Shown here: piece by piece, positions 53,789-64,000 of the stretch
How positions within the stretch are numbered: position 1 is the stretch's first letter
How the letters are laid out: the number at the start of each line of letters is the position of its first letter
Assembly: GCA_036785375.1 (NCBI GenBank)
Contig: JAWMAR010000002.1
Span: forward strand, 10,912,001 to 10,976,000
Length of the DNA: 64,000 bases
Direction of reading: 5' to 3'
From: Leucoraja ocellata
Lineage: Eukaryota
Notes under the pieces: generated by a model
Databases searched by the model: none
What the model saw: the letters and a program-made list of their open reading frames with translations, nothing else
Told to the model about the DNA's origin: nothing
Program-made: the position numbers and the translations under genes

Positions 53789-56700
53789 GTTGGTCTCTTT
53801 CACTTCTTATCCATCTACGCCACGCCAAACGGATTGTCCTATAGTGAGACAAAGGAGAGCTGGGGTTTCTGGCTCCTTGCCAGTCACGGCCTAGCCCTAC
53901 CTGTTGGAGTCTAATGACTTTCTGCTTAAGTGTTTTTAAAACCTTATGGAAGTGTCAGCGTGCTGCATGTTCATGTTGGTTTCTGTTCTCAATCACTGGC
54001 TTTGCTTTGTGCCATGAGGAGAATGTTACCTGCGCTCTGGTTCTTTCACAGTTGGTAGCTGCATGAGCATTATTTTGAAGCAGTAATCTTAGAAGCCCAA
54101 TTTTGAATTCAGCTTTTAAAAATGTCGTTTTTTTTATTCCATGCGATCATCATGCCAAATGCTGTTATTTCACCCATTTTTAAATTATGTTCTATTTTTA
54201 AATATTCAATATATCCTTATGTAATGCACAAAATTGAATAGCTTTAAACACCTACAAATCTATTTTCTAAATGCATGAGTAACACCAGTTTTCTGGAACG
54301 TTGAAGTTAACATAAATTCTAAATGTAGATATAACCATATAACAATTACAGCACGGAAACAGGCCATCTCGGCCCTTCAAGTCCGTGCCGAATACTTATT
54401 TTCCCCTAGTCCCATCTACCTGCACTCAGACCAACAGATTAACAGATTATATCAGCAGACATAATCATACATTGGTAAATTTGAAAAAGAATGCGTGCAT
54501 TTAGATCAGGCCAAGCCTGTGGAGATTGTGACCTCTTACCATAGTGTCTTGATTGGGGATTTTACTTATATATGATCTACTGGTAGCTCGTTGTGGAAAT
54601 GGGGATAAAGTAAGAACTGTATCCCAAAGCCGTAACCCAACCTCAAAATATAATATTTGTAACATTCTTTTAAAAGAGTTCTGAGATACTCATTGACAAT
54701 TTATTGGGGTTTCTTACCAATAAACAGGTTTTGAATTTGGTTTCACTTTTACACCAAATTTTATGTTTTTAATAAATCAATTTGATTTATCAATTTATTT
54801 TTATTTGGATTTGTTACGAATTGTGTTAAACATTATAGACACAAAATGCTGGGAGTAATGCTGGGAGTCAGCGGGACAGGCAGTATCTCTGGAGAGAAGG
54901 AATGGGTGACATTTCCGTCGAGACTCTTCTTCAGACTAGTCATTAACACTAGTGTTAATCATTATATGTTTATTGGGCCAAACAATGGCAGATATTTTAC
55001 ATGTGTGTAAAAAACATTGTAATTTGGTTAGAAAGTCCTAAGCTATCTCAAAACTGGTTTTACTCATGCTTTCCAGTTGATATTTGCAGGTCAAATAATG
55101 GAGTTTAATTTAATAGTTTAAATTTTGGGGCTCAACTGAACTTAAAATATCAAATCCATAACCAAATGTATTAAAGGTCTTGACATATTTGAACAATGTT
55201 TCTTGCAGCAAATTGAATTAGTCAATAAGAATAGAGGTTTATTTGATTAACTATGAAGACCTCTGAAAAGTACTCAAGTATGAAAAGCACTATAGGCTGA
55301 TTTTTTTCAGAGAGTTTAAAGTTGAGTGCAATTTGGTTTATTATGTTTTTGGAGATTCTTCTACCCGACTTAACTGCCTTTTAATTGACCTAGCAATCCA
55401 CTCTGCTTTGTCCATTTTAGCCTCTTATCTAAATTTGAAAGGTGCGAGCAGAGAAAATCCAAACTAAAAGAAAAGGCCCATTACATTTTCTCTTTCCAAC
55501 TTTGCCTCATTTCTCCTAATTCTTATGGCATTTTTCTATAATGACTTTATATTACCCAGTGATGCTGATAGGCCCCACTTCAATATCTGAATAATTCCAA
55601 TGCCACTCATTTTGCCTGCACAATAGTCTAAGGGACCCTTTCTCCATATCTTTTGTCTCTTCCAAAATTAACCCCATATGATGCAGAAACAACATGTACT
55701 GTTGGATTTGTGTCTTCCCTTTCCATCAAAAAGCCATATTTTTTCCATCTTTTAAGAAAAATCAAATAAAATATTTCAGATTAATGTGAGTTACAGTGAT
55801 TAGTAAACAAGTACCACTATAAAATATTTAAAATATCTTAGTTTGTTGCAATATGAAAACAGATTTGAATTTATATGGCATCTTTCATGTTCCTTTCAGA
55901 ACCCCAAAATATTTTATAGTCAGTTACCATTTTAGGGGGAATTTTTTGCCATAGGGACCATTAAATGTTATAGGCAGTCATATTTGAGCAAAGTAGCAAA
56001 CACTGTTTCTTCATCATTCACCATTTTGTGCAACATTGTGGATAATGAATTTTTAAGCTGTGAAAATACACATTGAAACATCTTTAGAATAGCACAAAAA
56101 TGCTACAAATAAAATCCAAACTCAGTTTTTTTCACGTTTGTCCTTTTCCTCCAATTTATTCAGGCATATGATATTTGGTTAGATTTTCCTTTAGAATATT
56201 TCATTTTTTTCTTCACTGTAGTGTGAAGATGAAGGAGAAACATTGACTTCATATTTGGGTCTCATCAGTGTTGTTCATTTTCTGAAGCCATCATGAACAA
56301 TAGTACAGCGCATGAACAAACGCTTCCACCCACAGCGTCTTTTAATTCTAATTCCAAGTGCAAGTGAAATCAAACTTTTTTTTGTTAAAGTTATACTTCA
56401 ATTTTTTAAATTATATCTTAGTTGACAGCATCATTCAGTTATTTGAGGTCTCTAGAAGCAAAAATTGACTAATTTAATGCCTTTAAGCAATATCAGCTAC
56501 CAGCTTGAAAGCAACAGAGTAATCAATACGTTTGATGCTAATGCTATGTGAATATGTCAGAGCATGTTGGAAATATTATTTCTCCCCTACTTTATTTTTT
56601 TCTCAGTGAGTTTGTGTTTAGTATGTGCTATAATAGATTCTTGCATGGAAGGATGTGTGGTTTAACACCCAACATTTTGGCTTGCATTTCATTCTTTATG

Positions 56701-59700
56701 TAACATATAACAAACAAAAGCATCACAGCTGCATTCGCAATTTGGGAATATTCTTCAGGAACTGACGTCTGTTTTACTATTAGTTCCGATATTAATATTT
56801 GAAACCTTAAAACTAGCTGACATGGTTAAATGGACACAGGAAAGTGCAGATGTGAAAGATTGGGAAATAAAAGGCTTCAACAACTTAGCAATGTTAAGTT
56901 TTCCATTGTAGTTAGAAGTATAATCTGAAATGTTATACTAGTCGTGAGAGGAAATGTTTGTGTACAAACAAATTAAAGCAATTTAAATTACTGTTTGCCA
57001 AAATTATAGTTAGTTTTCAAAGTTTTGAGCAAGAAAACTTGTCCAAACTAGATTAAACTTTAATGTCAAGTCCAAAGTAATTATATCTTTGACATTCAGA
57101 CATTTCAAATGGTGACTAGTTAACATTTACAAATTTACTTTGCTTTTTTCATCGTGCACTGCATAGCCCATGAGTTCATGCTGATATTTATAACAAAATT
57201 AAGTCATAACTTCTCATATTTTGGTAAGTCATGTCCTCGGTAATTAGATGTAGCTTTACTTATCAAGACTAAACCCTTTGTACCCTGGTCTCATTTTTAG
57301 CAGCAGCGTTTATAAGAAACTAATACATTGTACATTGAGGTAGTTAATATTTTATGGGTTTGGTATTATTTTGTGGGAGACACGGAACAGGTCCTTCCAT
57401 CCCATTTGTAAATAAATACAAAATTACACTTGCAGAGATCTGAGATAAGATTGGTTGCTTGGAGCCTTTGAACACATAAAATTAGGGACTATAACCATCG
57501 TATTCCCATTCTCTTTGCAGATTAATTATGTTTTATTTTGTTTGCTCAATTTTGTCTACTGGTAATTCTAATAATTGTCTCAGATTGTATACCATAGCTG
57601 TTTGGGAATGTGACTCAAATGTGGCCCACAAGTAGAATGATATGGAATAAGAATTTGTAGGCATTGTCGATGTAAATAGGGTTATGCATAGTTTTGACAC
57701 CACTTTAGCACAAATTCTGCAAAATATACCACTTCTACAGGGTATCTCCAGTCTTCTACATGTTATGAACTTTTTAAATACAGGCAACTGTAAGTAAATA
57801 AAATAAGGACGAGTTCAATGGAAGCTGCAATTGCTTGCACTAGTGAAGGTAGAGAAGCATTTTGTGTGGAAATATAATTTTGAATGTCCATCCCAGTTCT
57901 GGTACTCAATAGTCTTAATAGCTCCATAGTTCCATTGCTGACATCTGACAATATAAATATACACCTGTAACATTCTATAACATACTCAAGTGCATGGTGT
58001 TTGTTTCATGTGTGTGGTATTTTGTGCAAACCTTTTTATTTCCACATTTAATTACATTAGCTATTTGTGTTCCCTCTTAAACTTCTTGCTTAAGCCTGAT
58101 GCATGATGATTGAATGTAAGCACACTGCATTTTTTGCTTATGAGGCAAGCGTTTGTAAATTGGTCACTGCACGCTTTCAGTGCAGTGGAAATGAACTTCC
58201 CCGATTCTCAGGTTTTCAATAGTTTATCCAAAAGTTATTATTCAAAAGTGGTATTTCATTTTTGTAAAACAAGACTGAATTGATCAGCATTTAATAGTCT
58301 GGAGATGTTTAGTTTGATAAATCGCCATCATGTGAAATCATTTCCATTTCCATGAATAATGGTGGGTTATTCTCTGTAACTACTTGCACATTAAATAGTA
58401 ACAGGAGCAAAACATCCAGTCTGGAGAAGAACAGTCAAGCTTCATGACACTGCAGCTAATCTAAACCAGACATGATAGTCTCAAACAGATAAAATGCTAT
58501 TTTATGATCCATGTCATGGCACTGTAATTTGAGCAAAATGATGTTGATGTATACCAACGAACATTTTTCTTGGAGAATTTATATCTAAATAACAACATTC
58601 TAATGGTACTGAAGCCACTGGTTTTGAGTTTTTCTTATAAATACATTAGCTATTATCTTGGGTATTATGAAGGGTGAGTTATTTGAAATTTTGTAATTTT
58701 TAGTAAGTATGTTATAAGTATTCCAAATTGCAAAATTGGTAGCTGTGAAATTGTCGTATTTCATCCAGCTGTATTTTCTTTTGGATTTGTGCATGACAAT
58801 ACTATAAGCAGTATTGAATTTTAAGTGATTTTCAAACTTCTGTTCAATTTTAGTTTTATATAGTTTAAAAACTTAAGTTGGGAAACCTGCGTAAATTATT
58901 TGTTCAAATTATTTACCAACTATATATTTGGTGTGATAACAATGGTTAGACCTTTCCAGATCTTTTAGTAATTTAATTGTTTCAGAAGTTAAAAATAAAA
59001 TGTGGCGTAGAGCAATCTGCCATTTTTGTAAAATTTACCAGACTGCTATAAGCATATATTTTGTAGGAAGCTGCAAAAACAACATTTAAATACCTTTATT
59101 TTAAGAAGAGGAATGATTTATCTTTTAATTTTAAGCTTTCCATATTTTAAATTATCAAAAGAATATAATAGATACAAGGTTGTCAGCAGTTATTCTTGTT
59201 TCTGCTGTATGTGGATCATCATAAACGTTTTGATTGTAAGAACAATATAGAAGAAGTGTATCTGCCTTATTCACCCAAGAACCAAGGTGCTCTGTATTTT
59301 GGATTTTTTGAAGTGATCCTTTATTGCGATTACATGTTCTCTGCAATTAATAAATGTTTTGCTTATTTAGAGAACACTGTAGGTGAGATAATTTGAAGAA
59401 TGAAATTGTAGGGCTCATTGTTCCTGCAGATCACTTCATAAGTTATTAACGTTAGTTTCGCTGCCTATAGCATAATGCATCCCTAACGAAAAGTTTAAAT
59501 GGTGTGCAAATCACCTATATCACTGGTATTTCCAGATTGCTAGTGCATCCCCCCCCCGACGACCTGAATTAATTTCAAATATACATTTAAATAAATAATA
59601 AAAATTCTACATTCTGAAACATTCCATTTATAAATATTACTTACGATTCAAATGCAGAGTATATTTCTTTTGTTCAATACATATGCCAGGTGGAGTAGAA

Positions 59701-59945
59701 ATATGTTGTTCCTCATGCAGGTTTAATTTGCAGCATACACCAAATATTGTTGCCTGTTGCTTGCATTATTTAGGCATTGGCTATACAGTTTTTTAAATTT
59801 TATGACTGCTGTTTATTTTCTCAATGAAGCAACTAGTCTTTATCAAGAAACCTTGGTGTGGTGGGTGGATGAGGCCTGTGGTCACTGCATGTAATATTTC
59901 AGACTTGGTATTCTGTATTACTACCAGAAGTATCTTTCTTTTCAG

Positions 59946-60215
59946 TGCGCCGTGTCCCCCCGCGGTTCTCTATCCCACCCTCTAGCCATGAAGTGATGCC
60001 AGGCGGCAGCGTCAACCTCACTTGTGTAGCTGTGGGGTCACCCATGCCCTATGTGAAATGGGTGGCTGGAGCAGTAGAATTGACACCAGACGAGGATATG
60101 CCTGTTGGACGAAATGTTCTGGAACTAGTTAATATCAAGGAATCTGGGAGCTACACATGTGTTGCCATGTCTTCGTTGGGTGTCATTGAGGCATCAGCAC
60201 AAATAACAGTTAAAG
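59946..60215 (+). CDS. PTPRF: Exon, Ig3 domain ([39 protein letters not shown]...AQITVK)
   Basis: 270-nt exon, ttttcAG / GTaaat, phase 1/1; Ig Cys-Trp-Cys pattern. Confidence 0.96.
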
Positions 60216-60887
60216 GTAAATAAATAAATATACCACTATTATATATTCATATTGCCTGTCTTCATTAATTAGAGAAGTACTTCTTATTTGGCAAAAATGA
60301 ACTGTAATTTCTAACTTTTCCTTTCTGGTTTTCATCTTCCTTTGCGAAAAAAGGGAGTTTGCTATAGTTGTACATTTATTCCTACTTGATAAAATAACTG
60401 ATTTGGTAGTGTGACAGAATTATAAGAAGTTTACAATAAATGGATTTCTCTTAAAGTTAGTTAATTCAAATTTCATTTGTGACACAGCTAGCAGACCTGC
60501 TGCCTTAAAGCTCCAGCAGCCTAGTTTCATCCCTCAAATTGCCCCCAATGTACAGGAAGTGACAAAATATGGGAAGAGTTGATGGGAATGAAGAGTGAAT
60601 AAAAATTGGATTTGTGTAAATGGATGTTTGATGGGGAGCATGAATTGAAGTGTTGATGGGGCTATGTTTGTGCTTAATGGTAATTCAGAGGCAGCAAATT
60701 TTGATAACAATTAAGTTATGGTTTATATTTAAGGCAATTATTTTCCTAATCCCTTAGTGAATTGGTTTTAAAATGTAATTAGTCATATCTTGATCCATTT
60801 AAGTTATATTGTTATTCATTTCACTCATCTAAATGTTTATGTTACACCTTGAAGTAGCTAATAAATATAACTGTTTATGCATTCTAG

Positions 60888-61469
60888 CTTTACCAAAGCC
60901 ACCAACTATGACAAGTGTTACAGAGACAACAGCTACCAGTGTTACACTGACCTGGGAATCGGGAAATATGGAAATGATACCGTTCTATGTGATTCAATAT
61001 AAACCAAAATCCTCAGATGGACCCTTTCAGGAGATAGATGGAGTTGCCACCACACGATACAGCATTGGAGGCCTCAGCCCATATTCAGAATATGAATTCC
61101 GAATTATTGCAGTAAATAATATTGGTAGAGGGCCTCCCAGTGAAATAATAGAAACTCGGACAGGTGAACAGGCTCCATCGAGCCCACCTTTAAAAGTTCA
61201 GGCACGTATGCTCAGTGCCAGTACCATGTTAATCCAGTGGAAGGAGCCAGAAGAGCCCAATGGGCAGATTCGGGGATATCGGGTGTACTATACAACTGAA
61301 TCCAAGTTGACTTTGAATATGTGGAACAAACATAACTTGGACGATAGTCATCTAACAACCATCAGTGGCTTAACAACAGGCACCACATACAGCATCCAGG
61401 TACTGGCATTTACTTCAATGGGGGATGGACCACCATCTGATATTATACAAGTTAAAACCCAGCAAGGAG
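60888..61469 (+). CDS. PTPRF: Exon, fibronectin type III repeats 1 and 2 (ALPKPP...VKTQQG)
   Basis: 582-nt exon, ttctAG / GTgagt; motifs [19 protein letters not shown] and VKTQQG favour PTPRF over PTPRD/PTPRS. Confidence 0.96.
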
Positions 61470-62214
61470 GTGAGTTGCAACATTTTTTCCACCTGTGGCT
61501 GTTTTTACATTTTGACTTACAAGCTTGGATAAATTGAGGACAATTAATGTCTCTGACTATAATGTTTAAATAGCATTAGTAGATATTGAATTTGCCCAGG
61601 TTAAATTCACATAGAATTTAATTTCCATGAAGCACATTTTGATTACAAATCCCTTCTATTTTTGATGGATCCTAAGTTCATGCCAAGTGAATTTAGGCAG
61701 GTTTCGAGCATGTGATCACCTGTTGCAATGCTTCAGCACTAAACATCAGAATGTGCACAATTTGTTTTGCTGTTTCGGTAGAGGCAACCACCATCAGATT
61801 AGATTAAATATTTTGTTGTTACAGATTCTTGTCATAGTATTAAGTGTCCAAGCTGCTTCCTCTGCAGAAGATGGTGACTCAATCTCAATGCACTTTCAAA
61901 CCTGTTAGCAATCTACAATTCCTTCACACAAGTCACTCCTCTTGATACAAACAGTGCGTTAGTAGATTGTTTGACTTGGCAATATCCAAAGATCTTGCAA
62001 AGCTGCAATAGCATAGTGGTTATATTACTGAACCAGAATCCATTGACTGTGGATTATTGATTTCAAGACATGAGTTTGAATCACATTACAATGGCATAAA
62101 ACATAAATTCAAGTAATAAAATAAATCTGGAGTTAAAAAGCTGGATTGCATTACAAACATTTACCTCACCATTGCCTTTCATTAGAAATTCTTCTGTTCT
62201 CCAGATTGGCTCTC

Positions 62215-62297
62215 AGCTAAATTGCATTTCGTTGTCTCTGTACTGTACACTGACAATGACAATTAAAATTGAATCTGAATCTGAATCTGAATCTGAA
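62215..62297 (+). repeat. LINE-like 3' end with (gaatct)n tail, inserted in a SINE
   Basis: tgacaatgacaattaaaatt followed by (gaatct)4. Confidence 0.55.
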
Positions 62298-63958
62298 TTG
62301 GTTTAGCAACCCATTCAATTCACGAATAATTAAGATTGACCAGTAAATGCCGGCCTAGTTGTGATGTCCACAACTAGTGAATTAAAACTTACATTTCTCA
62401 GCAGGTATTGCTGAATAGTAAATAATACAGTAACTTCCCATTTGCCACCCGGATAGGATCATGAGATTTATATAGGGAAAAATCTTTTTTTTTATTGCAG
62501 TGTACATTGTAATTACATGAGTAGCCTATCTATTATTCTACATTTGATCTTGCACTACTGATCTCAAACCTGCAAACTGCAAACTGCAAACATACTGACC
62601 TGCAAACCAGGTGACCTCATTTCTGATTACTGCCATTTATTTAGTTACACTTGATGGTACAGATCAGATATTTGGCCCATTCTAATGTGTTTGGAAGCAT
62701 TAAGCCAGAATTTTCATTTCTTATCGCTCTCCAGTGACAACTAGGAAGATTGTGTTTGGCTATTGTCTTAAGGACATGATTAGATTTAACTGTGAAGTTT
62801 CTATGCCAAAGAGTGATGCAAACATTTGCAATCCATTCCCAGTTATTATATGCTCCTCTTGTAATGCCTCCTCTTTGTGATCTGAAATGTATGTTTTTTT
62901 TTCCCCCAAGACAAGGCAACATTATTTGGTATTCACTAGTTTAACATGGTTCAAAAAGCACTGTTACTTCATAAAATTATTCATGTGGAATACTTTGTTT
63001 AAACGCTTATTAACATAGGGTATTGCAACAGCAAATATACTTTGTAGCAATTTTATGTGTGCAGATGTGCAAGACTAAATGTATTAAAATGTGATTATGA
63101 GAAGTAATACATGCTTGTGCTGCTTATATGTAGCTTCAGGGATCCCAACAAAGAATATTATTTGTGTCGTATGGTGTCAGAGAAGAAAATAGGTTGCTGT
63201 CATCTGCCCTTGAACTGGTGATTTTTTTCCACCATTGGTGTCATCTGCTGGGAGGTCAACTCTCAGCTGATCCACAAGCCCTGGTGCAAGTGGCTGGCTG
63301 CACTCCCAAGAATGGCTTTCATAGCTGGAGAGCCTGGAGCCCATGCTAACCTACTATCAAAACTGCCACTGAGACTGAACGTGAATGTCAACGAAATACA
63401 TGGAAACTAATTGAATACTGTAAGAAAGTCGAGTTACTGAAGTGCTGACAGCTGTTTGTTCCCATTAATTTCAATTGGAACTCACCACATGTGCAAGATT
63501 AACATGCCACTGGTTCAGAAAGCTGAATTCTCCACTTAAGAGCTGGAAAATTGGAGGTTTGCACTGCTCCATTAACACCATGAGGAGTACAAACGCACAT
63601 TGCAGGTATCCTAAGGCTGCCACTTAGCAGTTGAAGACAGGATTTTACTTGTTCTTGAGAATCCAAAGTGACTGCCCAGTTAATTGATTAAAAACCAGGA
63701 GATTCCGCCTTCATTTCTAATCTAACAAAGGTAGTTGCACACAGGGTACTTTTTTTTGAAAATAATAGTTGATAAAATACAGAACAGACTTTAGTAAAGG
63801 ACTATTTGTTTGAAGTACTGTATGCCAAAGCAAAGCAGCTTTGACAGAATTATTGCCAGGAAAATTATTTGAGGAAATTAATACGTGATGGATTTTTGGT
63901 ATAAAAGGGAATATACTTTAAAAGGTTGAATGTTGCTTTTAATGTCATTCTTCTGTAG

Positions 63959-64000
63959 TTCCTGCACAGCCAGCTGAGTTCCAAGCTGAAGCAGAGTCTG
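63959..64000 (+). CDS. PTPRF: Start of exon, FN3 repeat 3 (VPAQPAEFQAEAES...), truncated by window end
   Basis: ttctgtAG acceptor; translation resembles LAR VPAQPADFQAEVES. Confidence 0.9.

Noticed and set aside
1-64000. Most short ORFs in the supplied track
   Set aside because: They are antisense shadows of LINE ORFs, repeat-derived or chance AT-rich ORFs; the track's start codons do not match the spliced exon boundaries.

Overview
Eukaryotic, AT-rich, repeat-rich vertebrate genomic DNA. The repeat content (CR1-type LINEs, HE1-like SINEs, Penelope-type ends) suggests a cartilaginous fish, probably a skate or ray; this is inference. The window is the interior of one + strand gene, a LAR-family receptor tyrosine phosphatase, best matched to PTPRF. 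Five constitutive exons are present (Ig2 first half, Ig2 second half, Ig3, FN3-1/2, start of FN3-3), all joined by phase-1 GT-AG introns. Three microexons of 9, 18 and 12 nt, not called as exons by the ORF track, encode ESF, GGTPIR and DQRE, the meA3/meA6/meB-type inserts. The introns hold CR1 and other LINE fragments, a decayed full-length IR/DR Tc1 transposon, Harbinger-type and other MITEs, a large nested foldback and many Penelope-derived ends carrying a minimal hammerhead-like core. There is one 184-N assembly gap. I found no bacterial-type system. The most notable items are the 9-nt microexon, the hammerhead-like mini-insertions with target-site duplications, and the nested palindrome.
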